A stretch of DNA of 62,062 nucleotides from NCBI GenBank assembly GCA_021325135.1, contig JAJPHT010000003.1:1-62062 (forward strand). Direction: 5' to 3'. The notes below the pieces were generated by a model. The model had not been told where the DNA came from. It saw nothing but the letters and a program-made list of their open reading frames with translations, and did not search any database. This document shows, piece by piece, positions 17,622 through 26,815 of this stretch. The stretch is from Pseudomonadota bacterium (GTDB taxonomy: Archaea > Thermoplasmatota > SW-10-69-26 > JACQPN01 > JAJPHT01). How positions within the stretch are numbered: position 1 is the stretch's first letter; every line of letters begins with the position of its first letter. The translations under genes and the position numbers were made by a program.

Positions 17622-18848
17622 ATGCGCGCGCCGCGCGTCGTCGCCGCGATCCTCGCGGCGCTCCTGCTCTCCCCGTCCGTGCTCGCCGCGCAACAGCTTG
17701 AGATTGGCACCACGGACTTTGCCACCGAGAGCTTCAGCGCCGAGTCGGACAACCCGCCCACCGCCGACGACTACGCCTATGGCTTCCTCTCTCCCCCCTT
17801 CAGCGGGTACGAGCAGGGACCGGGAAGCATCCAGAGTTTCGGCGTGGAAGTGGCAACCGACTTCGGCACGCTCACCAGTGGGACCGGCGACCGCTCGCAG
17901 ATCACCACCATAACGGTGAGCAACAACACGACGACGGTTCTTCTGCGGTACGAGAGCCGCGCGACGCGCCACCTTCTCGGCTTCTTCACGCTCGACCAGA
18001 GCGCGTATGTGAATGGAACCCTCACCTGGCAATCCTCGCGCACGGAGCTTCACCCGTTCTCGGGGCTGCGCTATCAGACGAGCGCCATTCTTGCTTACAG
18101 CAACAACGACACCAACGCCTTCCCGCCCTCGCAAGGTCCCAACGTCATCAACACCCTGGGTTCCGCCTCGGAGACGATTCACGGGGGCGCGCTCTACTAC
18201 CTCGATCCCAACAGCGGGGGCGACTACTTCAGCGGCAAGCACGCAACCCGCTATCTCCTCGCCAACCTCTCGGGCGTCGTCGCCGTCACCGTCAGCACGG
18301 AATACCCCGACGGGTTGCCGAACGCGCTTGAGCTTCGCTATCGGTTCGAGGATGGCGACGCCTTGGCCGTGCGCGAAGCAGGCCAGGACTGCGGCAAGGG
18401 CTGGAAGAATTGGGTCCGCGACTCCTTGGGCGCCTGCCCGAGCGTCGCGGGCTTCCTCGACCTCCTGGCCGCGGGCTTCACGTCCGTCCTGGGCCTGATC
18501 CTGCGCGTCGTCGTGGGCGAGAAGGGGCAAGACCTGGCCGACTTCATGGGCGGCCTCGCGCAGCAGGGCATCAACGCCGTGGTTCTCCTCGTGCGCCTCG
18601 CAAGCATCGACACGCCCCGCGAGCTGGTGGCCTGGGAACTCCTGATCCTTTGTTATGCCATGGCGCTTGGCGGCTTCACCCACGACCCCACCGTTACGTT
18701 GTCCATCGCCAAGGGCGGCACAAAGGCGCTGGTCATGCTGGTTGTGGGCTGGTTCGTTTTCCTCTACCACGCCCTGCGCTTCAGCCTCACGCTCCTGGCG
18801 CGCATCGTCACCGCGATTGCCGATTTCCTGGGAGGCATCATCCCATGA
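17622..18848 (+). CDS. Putative virion membrane protein
   Basis: Signal peptide, extracellular domain with sequons, multi-TM C-terminal third. Confidence 0.8.
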   Translation: MRAPRVVAAILAALLLSPSVLAAQQLEIGTTDFATESFSAESDNPPTADDYAYGFLSPPFSGYEQGPGSIQSFGVEVATDFGTLTSGTGDRSQITTITVSNNTTTVLLRYESRATRHLLGFFTLDQSAYVNGTLTWQSSRTELHPFSGLRYQTSAILAYSNNDTNAFPPSQGPNVINTLGSASETIHGGALYYLDPNSGGDYFSGKHATRYLLANLSGVVAVTVSTEYPDGLPNALELRYRFEDGDALAVREAGQDCGKGWKNWVRDSLGACPSVAGFLDLLAAGFTSVLGLILRVVVGEKGQDLADFMGGLAQQGINAVVLLVRLASIDTPRELVAWELLILCYAMALGGFTHDPTVTLSIAKGGTKALVMLVVGWFVFLYHALRFSLTLLARIVTAIADFLGGIIP

Positions 18849-21181
18849 GAGCCCCGCCCGCGATCCACGCGCGCCGGCTGGCGCTCCTGCTCGACTTCTT
18901 GCCCCTCGCCCTCTTGGCCCTCACGCTCCTGCTCCACGTCGCCGCGGCATCCAGCGCGACGGATGGGAGCTGCGCGAGCACGACGGCCACCAGCCCGAGC
19001 GGCGGCACGCGCGTCTTCGCTCTCAGCGCCAGCGCGGCGACGGTGGGAACCTCCGGCTGCGCCTTGACGGGCGAGGGGATCACCGAGGCCGACGCCGGAG
19101 CGCCCATCGCCATCCGGTGCGTAGAGCTGACGACCCTGAACCTTCCCCCTGGCACGGCGGACTCCAACGGGATTCACCTCCGCGCCTACGCCGATGCGGA
19201 CAGCTTCCAGACCGGCGGAGCCGGCACCCCCGTATGGGAAGCCCTCCGCTCCTCCTGCTCCCCCGAGTGGGACGGGCAACTCTACTGTACCAGCGACGGC
19301 ACCGCGACGGGAGCGCCCCGCTACGGCACGCTGCGCCTTCTCGTGCGCGCCGTCCGAACCTCCACCCTCGCCTATGACGTGAACAGCGAAGACGCCGCGA
19401 CGACGAGCCATTGGGGCGTCGTTCGGTGCCTGCCGCGCGTGAGCAGCCTCACCGATCCCGGCCAGGCCATCAAGTACGTCGGTGGGGACTCCTTCCAGGC
19501 GAGCGCGAGCGCGACGGCGGGCGCCTACAACAGCGGCGCGACCGCGACCCTGAGCGCGACGTGCGGCAGCTTCACCGCGACCCTGGGCAGCGTCGCCCTG
19601 GCGCCCGACGTGGCGAGCGCGAGCGTGACCATCAAGGGCGACCCGGCGACGACGTGGCCCGCGCCCTGCTCCGTGGCCGAGTCCGTGATCCTCTCCCGGC
19701 TCTCGGCCGTCTCCGGCTTCACGGCACAGCCATACGCGCGCTGGTCCGCCACGGAGCCCACCGGCATCAGCCTGAGCGCGGACAAGCTCACCGCCTCCCG
19801 CTCGACGGGCAAGGGACTAGATCGCGGGCTCAGCGCCGCGGACTGCGCCGCCAGCGTGGCCGGCTCGCCGGTCGCCGTCGTGAACCGCCTGGAGAGCGTC
19901 ACGCTCGCCGCCCACTGGTCGAACGCCCGCGGCGAGGCCGTCCCCTCGGGCCGGCTCGTGGACGCCTACCCCTACCGCGTGGGGACCACGCCCGACGCGG
20001 AGACGGACTTCAACCACGTCGGCGCGACGGCGGGCGCCTCGGGCCTCGTGAGCGTCCTGGCGACGAGCCGCGCCACGAGCACGAGCACGCAGAACACGAC
20101 CGCGCCGGACTATGCCCTGTGGTTGAAGACCTACGGCGCGACCCGCACGACCGCGGAGCTTTACAACTTGGGCGGCTGCCCGGCGTTCTTTGACCTCTCG
20201 TGGGTGTGGACCTTCGGGAACCTCACGCTCTCCAAGCAGCAGGCGCCCGTCCAGAACGCGAGCGTCTTTGTCATCGGCGCCGACCTCATGTATGCGCGCG
20301 CCGAGAACTTGACCGAGGCCGACGGCCTGCGCGTCGCAGGCGAGGCCGTCACCTGCCAGCGCACGCTCCCCGACGGCTCGACCGAGACGGCCGCGAGCCT
20401 GGGCACGACGGGCACCACCGGCACAACGGGGCTTCACCAATTCCTCATCGTCGCCCCGCCCGGGACGTGGCTCCTCGCGTGCAGCGCGGCGGACAACGGC
20501 AACTATGCGGTGTTCGTCGTCGCCTACACGCACGCCAGCCCCGTGAGCGCGCAGACCTCGCTCTCGATCCTCGCGGAGCCCGTCTCCGGCGGCTTCTCCG
20601 TCAACGTCTCGGTGGTCATGCGCGCGTATGACCCGGGGTGCGACTGCCCCGCCCGCGCCTTCCCGGACGCCGGCGGCGCCGTGCGCCTCACCGTCCTGGC
20701 GTGGAACAACACCACCGCGACGTATGACGCGCCCGTCTTGCGGTGGGCGATGAACCAGACGAGCCCCACGGAGTCGGCCTTCTTCGCCGTGGTGAACGTC
20801 TCGGCGTGGAACGCCTCGCGGCCCGTCGTCGTCATGGTCAGCGCGAACATGACCGGCCGCGCGTTCCTCGCCTCGGGCAGCTACGCGGCGCTGGCCGTCT
20901 CGACGGAGAGCGCCGCGCCGCCCAGCGTCATCGACGGCACGTTGCCGTTCTTCATCATCATGGCCGTGGGCCTGGGGTTCCTCGCGTTGACCCTGGCCTT
21001 CGGCCTGCCCTATTTCGCCGTCTTCACGTTGGCGGCGACGTTCGCGGGCTATGCGCTTTACCATCAGGCCCAGGCGCAAGGTGTGGTGATCCTCGCGGGT
21101 CCCTACGTCCCCATGCTCCTCTTGACGGAGGGCCTGTCCAGCATCGGGGCGGCAGCATACGCATACCGGAAGGTGAGCTAG
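18845..21181 (+). CDS. Large membrane-anchored glycoprotein (putative virion protein)
   Basis: ATGA-coupled start; signal peptide; many sequons and paired Cys; three C-terminal TM helices. Confidence 0.8.
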   Translation: MRAPPAIHARRLALLLDFLPLALLALTLLLHVAAASSATDGSCASTTATSPSGGTRVFALSASAATVGTSGCALTGEGITEADAGAPIAIRCVELTTLNLPPGTADSNGIHLRAYADADSFQTGGAGTPVWEALRSSCSPEWDGQLYCTSDGTATGAPRYGTLRLLVRAVRTSTLAYDVNSEDAATTSHWGVVRCLPRVSSLTDPGQAIKYVGGDSFQASASATAGAYNSGATATLSATCGSFTATLGSVALAPDVASASVTIKGDPATTWPAPCSVAESVILSRLSAVSGFTAQPYARWSATEPTGISLSADKLTASRSTGKGLDRGLSAADCAASVAGSPVAVVNRLESVTLAAHWSNARGEAVPSGRLVDAYPYRVGTTPDAETDFNHVGATAGASGLVSVLATSRATSTSTQNTTAPDYALWLKTYGATRTTAELYNLGGCPAFFDLSWVWTFGNLTLSKQQAPVQNASVFVIGADLMYARAENLTEADGLRVAGEAVTCQRTLPDGSTETAASLGTTGTTGTTGLHQFLIVAPPGTWLLACSAADNGNYAVFVVAYTHASPVSAQTSLSILAEPVSGGFSVNVSVVMRAYDPGCDCPARAFPDAGGAVRLTVLAWNNTTATYDAPVLRWAMNQTSPTESAFFAVVNVSAWNASRPVVVMVSANMTGRAFLASGSYAALAVSTESAAPPSVIDGTLPFFIIMAVGLGFLALTLAFGLPYFAVFTLAATFAGYALYHQAQAQGVVILAGPYVPMLLLTEGLSSIGAAAYAYRKVS

Positions 21182-21259
21182 CACGACCCCACACGAGACG
21201 ACCGGCGGCCACGCGCCGCAGCAGACCCCCACGACCACCCCGCCCACGGGAGGGAGCGC

Positions 21260-21685
21260 ATGAGCCGCAAGGTCCGCGCCCTCATCTTCGGCGGGCATGA
21301 AGTCGAACGCGCCCGCGTCATCCACGAGGGCGCCAACCTCTTCCACAAGCCGACCAACCGGCGGTGGGCCATCAAGGGCGGCCCCATCCTGGGCCGCCGC
21401 CCGTGGGTCTTCGGCGGCAGCGCCGACACCTACCTGTGCAGCGCCGAGACGGCAACGACGTTCGACCCGCCGCGCGACACGAGCGCGGCGACGATCAACG
21501 GCAAGGAGTACCAGATCACGCCCGAGTTCTTGGCCGAGCTGCTGGACAACCGCGACTTGGCCGCCTTGAACCAGGCGTCGAAGCCCACGCCGGTCCTCCT
21601 GCTGCTCCTCGCGGCGGGCGCGGGCGCGGCGGCCATGGTCATCCTTCAGATGGTCCTCAAGGCGACGAGCCACGGGGGCGGCTAG
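21260..21685 (+). CDS. Hypothetical protein with C-terminal TM anchor
   Basis: GGAGGGAG SD; VLLLLLAAGAGAAAMVILQMVL. Confidence 0.75.
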   Translation: MSRKVRALIFGGHEVERARVIHEGANLFHKPTNRRWAIKGGPILGRRPWVFGGSADTYLCSAETATTFDPPRDTSAATINGKEYQITPEFLAELLDNRDLAALNQASKPTPVLLLLLAAGAGAAAMVILQMVLKATSHGGG

Positions 21686-22078
21686 ATGCGCCACCCGGAG
21701 CCCGCCCCGCCCGAGGATGAAGAAGGCTTCGCATTCGAGGATGAAGGAGTCGAAGGCGTGGTCGAAGCCCTGGGCCCCGAGCCCACCGAGGATCAGACCA
21801 TCAGCCTCCTTCACGAGTTTGGGCAGCCCCCCGAGTACCGCACGATGGCGAAGCACACGCCCGAAATGATCCACCTGGGCGCCATCGTGCTCACCAAGGG
21901 CCGGTTCCTCGGCTCGACGCTGCGCGAACAGGTGGTCGAAAACCTGTTCCTCATGTCCCGCAGCACGGACGGGTGGGGCAGCGAGCAGATGAAGGAGATC
22001 GCCGCGCGCCAGCCCGGCACGCGCGCCGGCCCGATCCGGCGCTTCTTCGGCCTCGGTCGGAAGGAGGGCCAGGCATGA
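21686..22078 (+). CDS. Hypothetical protein, acidic N-terminus
   Basis: TAG-ATG abutting; coupled to next gene. Confidence 0.7.
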   Translation: MRHPEPAPPEDEEGFAFEDEGVEGVVEALGPEPTEDQTISLLHEFGQPPEYRTMAKHTPEMIHLGAIVLTKGRFLGSTLREQVVENLFLMSRSTDGWGSEQMKEIAARQPGTRAGPIRRFFGLGRKEGQA

Positions 22079-22434
22079 GCGCGCCCGATGGCCTGACCAC
22101 CAGCGGGGGCTTCAGCCCGCAGGAGATGGACGCCTTCCAAGTCTATCAGTGGCGCGGCATCGTCAGCCACCACAAGACGTATGCCCACCTGTCCCGCGAC
22201 GGGAAGCGCACCGCCTGGGAGTCCTGCAAGACGTTTGCCGACCTCCTGATTCCCCAGGCGAGCCCGGACTTTCTCAAAGCCTACCGCGACGCCTGCGCGC
22301 GTCGCAAGCGCGGCGACTGGCCCACGGAACGCCTCTTCATCGCCTGCGAGCTGGAGATGAAGCGACAGAAGCGCCTCGGACGCGACCAGCTCAAGCCGAG
22401 CAAGGACGCCGGGATTCTGACCCGGGGACTCTGA
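22075..22434 (+). CDS. Hypothetical protein
   Basis: ATGA-coupled start with GGAGG SD. Confidence 0.7.
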   Translation: MSAPDGLTTSGGFSPQEMDAFQVYQWRGIVSHHKTYAHLSRDGKRTAWESCKTFADLLIPQASPDFLKAYRDACARRKRGDWPTERLFIACELEMKRQKRLGRDQLKPSKDAGILTRGL

Positions 22435-22448
22435 GGGGGGACTAGATC

Positions 22449-23282
22449 ACGACCACGAGCCCCACGCCCCAGCGCGAGCCCTCGCCCGACTCCAACGACC
22501 CGGAGCGGGAGAACGTCCTGCGCGCGGAGTACCAGATTGTCCGGCGCAAGATCACCGACGAGAACTTCGATTTCGTCACCGTCATCAGCGGGTACGAGGG
22601 CAGCGGGAAGTCCACGCTGGCCCTCAAGGTCGCCGGCTACACCGACCCGACGTTCGACGGCACGCGCGTAGCCTTCACGGGCGACGAGCTTCTAGAGCTG
22701 ATGGAGAGCGCGCCCCGCGGCTCCTCCATCCTCTTTGACGAGGCCGCCATGGGCCTCTACAACCGCGAGAGCATGACCGCGACAAACCGCGCGATCACCA
22801 CGGCGGCCATGATCGCCCGCGCGAAGAACTACCACATGGTCTTGTGCATCCCGTCGTTCTGGTCGCTCGACGCCTACTTCCGCGACCACCGCGCCCGCTG
22901 CTGGATTCACGTTGAACGCCGCGGCGAGGCCGTGGTTCACGTCCCCGTTCGCCAGCGGTACACCAAGGACGTGTTTTGGGAACAGGTGATCCTCCACTTC
23001 TTCAGCCCCATCAAGGGCGCCGTGTGGGACGCCTACGAGGCCCGGAAGATGGCGTTCATTCAGAAGGCGCTCAAGGCCGCGAAGGAGCGCGACCGGCCCC
23101 AGGAGAACGATGAAGACGCCGCGGCGCGCGACAACGCCTTGGCGGAGGAAATCGCCGCGAACCCCGAGTTTTGGACGCCCAAGGGATACGCGAAGCGCGG
23201 CCTCATCGCCGCGCGCTATGGCCTGAGCGCCTTCCACGCGCGCCACGTTGCGGAAGTCGCCAAGGGCCACCGGGAGGGCTAG
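22449..23282 (+). CDS. P-loop ATPase of the type found in spindle-shaped/pleomorphic virus morphogenesis modules
   Basis: Walker A FVTVISGYEGSGKST lies in frame upstream of the ATG at 22701; Walker B ILFDEA; ARAKNYHMVLCIPSFWSLDAYFR. Start is non-canonical (ACG 22449 or ATC 22446). Confidence 0.85.
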   Translation, partial: TTTSPTPQREPSPDSNDPERENVLRAEYQIVRRKITDENFDFVTVISGYEGSGKSTLALKVAGYTDPTFDGTRVAFTGDELLELMESAPRGSSILFDEAAMGLYNRESMTATNRAITTAAMIARAKNYHMVLCIPSFWSLDAYFRDHRARCWIHVERRGEAVVHVPVRQRYTKDVFWEQVILHFFSPIKGAVWDAYEARKMAFIQKALKAAKERDRPQENDEDAAARDNALAEEIAANPEFWTPKGYAKRGLIAARYGLSAFHARHVAEVAKGHREG

Positions 23283-23758
23283 TCCTCGTGGGGCTCATAG
23301 AGGGAGGCCGCCTTCTCCAACGCCTCGGCGGCGGCCCGCGCGGCGCGCGCAGCCGCGGAGAGCGCCCTCCCCGCGGACACCTCCAAGCGGATCGCGTCCG
23401 CCACGTCCTGCTCCGCGTTGACCGCCTCGATGCCGGCGCTCATCAGCTCGTGCCCCATCGCGTGATCCCCCGCGCCCTGCGCGATCACCGCGACCTGGGC
23501 GGCCAGGGCGCCCGCCGCGCCCGCGGCGGCCTTGGCCGAGACGACGGCGCGGAAGATGGCGCGCGCCTCCATCTCCTCCTCCGCGTCCTCCGGCTCCTCC
23601 TGGCCCGTCTCCTGCGGCAAGGCGACGTAGCCGGCGGGCTGCGCGCATTGCTCGTGAAGGCGAACGGTGGTCCCCTTGTCTTCCAAGGTGATCCCCGTTC
23701 CCTCGGGGACCGGGTTTCCGCAATGGGTACATGGCTGGGACCGTCCGGCGGCCGTCAT
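23279..23758 (-). CDS. Zinc-finger plus helical domain protein
   Basis: CTHC...HEQC then Ala-rich helices; convergent with ATPase, sharing CTAG as both stops. Confidence 0.65.
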   Translation of the reverse strand: MTAAGRSQPCTHCGNPVPEGTGITLEDKGTTVRLHEQCAQPAGYVALPQETGQEEPEDAEEEMEARAIFRAVVSAKAAAGAAGALAAQVAVIAQGAGDHAMGHELMSAGIEAVNAEQDVADAIRLEVSAGRALSAAARAARAAAEALEKAASLYEPHED

Positions 23759-23974
23759 CTTGGCGCCGAAGCAAGGACGCCCGTAAGGGGGTTTCGGGGT
23801 CCCGAGCGTTACCCGAGGAGTGGTGAGAGAGATGCGAACCCCTCCCCTTTCTTGATTCAATGGGTAGCGCACGGCGACGAATGGCCGGAAGGTGGAACGC
23901 ACGAGCCGCCGCAGCGCGCCGGCCGGTGCTGGAGCCGGCACCGGGAGCCAGCCCCAGGCCCCGGCCGCGCCCGC

Positions 23975-24061
23975 CTACAAGCGCGCGGCGATGCCGACGG
24001 CGACGAGCCAGGCCAGGAGCACGAGGCGCGCGAGCGACGAGGGATCAAGGAGGGCTGACAT
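23975..24061 (-). CDS. 28-aa single-TM microprotein
   Basis: MSALLDPSSLARLVLLAWLVAVGIAARL with GAGGT SD. Confidence 0.45.
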   Translation of the reverse strand: MSALLDPSSLARLVLLAWLVAVGIAARL

Positions 24062-24333
24062 GGGGACCTCAGAGAGACGAGGGCACGAGCGCGCAACCCC
24101 TCGCGCGCTTCTGACCCCCTGCCGGCTCGACGGCGCGCTTCGGGGTGGTGGTTGTCGGTGTCCGAACGTCCCCCGTTGGAGTCCGCAGCATCGGGGAGGC
24201 AGGAGCGGCCCCGGAGTCGTGCCTTTCGGTTCTGACCGGGCCTCGGTCGTTGGCGAGGAAACCCGTGAAACGGCGCGCATCCACGCCGGCCAGGCTCGAC
24301 ACGTTGAAGGACCCCGCCGCGCCCTGTCTGAGC

Positions 24334-24537
24334 ATGGAGCCCGAGGAGTCGGCCAAGCTCGCCGCGCTGTTCGTCCTCCTGGGCCTCATCGCCCTCCTGT
24401 TCCTGTCGTGGACGGTGACGGGACTCCTTCTCCTGGCCTTCGCCATCGCCGCCGGGATCGACGCCCGGGTGGGCTACGCGCGGGCCGAGGCCGCCGAGCG
24501 CGGCGAGGCCGAGGGCCAGCCCCCGGCGCAGCCCTGA
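24334..24537 (+). CDS. Small membrane protein
   Basis: LAALFVLLGLIALLFLSWTVTGLLLLAFAIAAGI. Confidence 0.65.
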   Translation: MEPEESAKLAALFVLLGLIALLFLSWTVTGLLLLAFAIAAGIDARVGYARAEAAERGEAEGQPPAQP

Positions 24538-24582
24538 GCGGGAGCGCGGCCTTGAAGCGGCGCCCCGCCGCTTGCCGCCCGC

Positions 24583-25044
24583 ATGAGCCCCACCCCGCCC
24601 GCGCGCCGGGCCGCGCCCTCGCGCAGCTACCGGCGGGGCCTGGTGGTGGGCGTCTTCGTCGCGGCCCTCGCGGGGCTCCTGGGCTACGCGGCGGGCGACG
24701 CCGCCGCCGTCGTGGTCCTCTCCTTCGGCCTCCCGGTGGGCGTGGGCGTCGCCGCGGGCCCCGTCGTCATCACGGCGCTGGCGATCCTCGCCGTCCTCGC
24801 CGTCTTCGCGTTCAAGCCCGCGTGGGCCAGCTCCCGCGGCTACACCCGCGGCGCCACCGTCGGGCTCTTGGCCGCCGTCGTGCTCTACTTCAGCGCGCGG
24901 CTGGCGGGCGGCCTCGTGGTCGCCCTGATCCGCGCCGACGGCTGGCCCGCGTGGACTCGGCTCCTGCTCGTGCCCCTCGTGGCCGTGCCCCTCGTGCTCC
25001 TCGTGGGGGCGGGAGTCGTCGCCCTGGGCCGCCGGCTCGACTAG
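24583..25044 (+). CDS. Multi-pass membrane protein
   Basis: Four to five hydrophobic segments. Confidence 0.7.
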   Translation: MSPTPPARRAAPSRSYRRGLVVGVFVAALAGLLGYAAGDAAAVVVLSFGLPVGVGVAAGPVVITALAILAVLAVFAFKPAWASSRGYTRGATVGLLAAVVLYFSARLAGGLVVALIRADGWPAWTRLLLVPLVAVPLVLLVGAGVVALGRRLD

Positions 25045-25747
25045 ATCACGCGCCCCACCTTGGGGCCGCCCCGTCCGTGGCGCCCAGGAGGCCGGGCGCG
25101 CGATGGCGGCGCATGGAAGCCCTCGGGTCCCCCACCGATGCCTTCCCCGCGATCCTCGCGCATTAGGCGACGTCCGCGTCCCCAATCGCCACGCTGGCCG
25201 AAGCGGCGACCGCGGGCCATGTAGCCCCAAAATCCAAGACGGGATCAGCCGTCTAGCACACCAGGCCGGGGCCTGAAGCCTCCTCGCACAACCTTCTCTC
25301 CCTGGCCTTCTTTCTCACAAGTCGTCGCGGTTTCGACGGACGCGGCGCGGCGGGTTCGCTTCGATCCGCCGCAGCCCATCGGTTGCACCGCAACCAAGCA
25401 GAAGCAAGCTGCCGCAGCCTTCCGGCTTCGCGGCAGCGGGGGCAGGATGGGCACGGCCCGGCGCCAGCCTCCCACGAGGGCGCGGACCGAGGGCACCCCC
25501 GCTGCCTCTCCTCCGGTGAGTCCCCCCAGGAGAGGAACCGCTCTCTTCATGTGCCGTAACGCAGGTTGCAGCCGTCGTGCTGCGCCCCTCGGCCCGCCCT
25601 GTCGCCGGCCCCCACGCCCGCCCGCAGTACGCTTGCCGGGCCTGCGGTGCCATGGCGACGCCCCGCGTTGAAGGGGCCTGTCCGCGATGCGGGGCGCCCC
25701 TGGGGAGCCCCGTTGTCTAGGCCTGCCGCAAGCCGCCAAACCTAAGT

Positions 25748-26023
25748 TTGCGTCTCGCCTTGTTGCGCCCGTTGGGAGAGAACGCGGGAGGCGTCGTTCT
25801 CGCACGCTTGCGCGACCACGCCGCCGAAGAAGGATGGAGATTCGAGGCCGCGCCTTACGCCGCAGGCTACCGCGCGAGGATCACGCGGGGCATGGAAACG
25901 CTGGAGGTCCAGATCACGGCGGCGGGCTTTGTTCACGCCTTGGGCAAGCCCTCCCCCCTCTACGCCTCGGTTCTCCTTTGGAAAGCCACCATGCCCACGT
26001 TCGGCCCCGGCCGGCTTCTCTAA
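25748..26023 (+). CDS. Hypothetical protein
   Basis: 91 aa, globular-looking composition (GWRFEAAPYAAGYRARITRG). Confidence 0.5.
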   Translation: MRLALLRPLGENAGGVVLARLRDHAAEEGWRFEAAPYAAGYRARITRGMETLEVQITAAGFVHALGKPSPLYASVLLWKATMPTFGPGRLL

Positions 26024-26295
26024 CGGGACGGAGCGCGGCGGGCCGCTTCGCGCGCCTCGCGCAACTCCCGTCCAGCCGCGGTAAGCTCAGCCCTCGCCCC
26101 CTCCAAGGCAGCCGAGACAGAAGCCCGCTGCGTCGGCGGGCAGCCACGGAGATTGGCCTGGGCTGCGTCAAATGCCCGTTGTGCCTCCACGAGCCGGCGG
26201 CGGGCTTCGGCCTCACTGGTCCCGGGCAAGCTTGAACCTCCAAGGGCCTTGGCTTCAAGGGGTCTTAAGCCTCGATGAAAAGGCGCACCCGACAT
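26020..26295 (-). CDS. Hypothetical coiled-coil protein
   Basis: Helical Ala/Arg/Glu pattern; start uncertain. Confidence 0.4.
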   Translation of the reverse strand: MSGAPFHRGLRPLEAKALGGSSLPGTSEAEARRRLVEAQRAFDAAQANLRGCPPTQRASVSAALEGARAELTAAGRELREAREAARRAPSR

Positions 26296-26387
26296 GCGGG
26301 GCTTCGGTCGCGTCCCGCCGCGAGGAAACCACGCGCACCACATGGCTTATGTGATCCGCGGGAGAGTAAGGGGGCAGCACGCGGCAA

Positions 26388-26744
26388 CTAGTTGCCCGCG
26401 CCCCTTCTGCCCCCCGAACCCCCCACCCTTGCGCGCCGCCCCTTGCGCCGCCCGCGCTCGGCCCTCTCCTCGAGCCACGCGTGGGAGAGCACCAGCGTCG
26501 CGCCCACGACGAGCAGCGCCGCGAGGGCCAGCCCCGGCGCCTGCCACCAGGCGTGCCACGCGCGGGGGACGCACGAGGCCGTGAAGGTCTGCCCGTCCAG
26601 CGGGCCGCTATCGCACGCGGTCCCGTGCGCGAGCGAGGCGCGCCACCCCAGCGCGAGCCCGCAGGCGAGGGCCAGGAGCGCGAGCCCCCGGCGCTTCCAG
26701 CGCGGCGCGGCGGCGAGCGAGCGGGAGAGGCGCGGAAGCAGCAC
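26388..26744 (-). CDS. Two-TM membrane protein
   Basis: Two hydrophobic helices flanking a Cys-Cys loop; 3' end runs into the right repeat. Confidence 0.55.
   Translation of the reverse strand: MLLPRLSRSLAAAPRWKRRGLALLALACGLALGWRASLAHGTACDSGPLDGQTFTASCVPRAWHAWWQAPGLALAALLVVGATLVLSHAWLEERAERGRRKGRRARVGGSGGRRGAGN
26409..26436 (-). repeat. Right imperfect terminal inverted repeat
   Basis: Reverse complement aligns with 458-486; embedded in a long hairpin centred on the palindrome GGCAACTAGTTGCC (26383-26396). Confidence 0.5.
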
Positions 26745-26815
26745 GGCAAAATCTAGCGCGAAGCGGAAGCGTCAGGAGAAAAAAGAGCCCGCCGCTCCCA
26801 CCGCGGAGAGCGCGC

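Larger units (their letters stand above)
458..26436. mobile_element. Integrated provirus, probably spindle-shaped (fusello/halspi-like) archaeal virus
   Basis: Begins right after serS; contains integrase, capsid-like hairpin protein, membrane glycoproteins, P-loop ATPase and many small orphan ORFs. Boundaries are inferred from imperfect inverted repeats (458-486 / 26409-26436); the right boundary is uncertain. Confidence 0.75.

Noticed and set aside
22149-22445. Amber read-through or pyrrolysine insertion at TAG 22443 to supply the ATPase N-terminus
   Set aside because: The upstream in-frame ORF is a shadow of the real 22075-22434 gene; a near-cognate start with its own SD is simpler
14988-23282. 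Conjugative (VirB4/T4SS) or tailed-virus module
   Set aside because: The ATPase is only ~280 aa; no relaxase, coupling protein, terminase or portal motifs
23759-24061. Read-through fusion of the 28-aa TM ORF into the zinc-finger gene (same frame across TAG 23975)
   Set aside because: The intervening translation is low-complexity and unconvincing; a one-in-three frame coincidence
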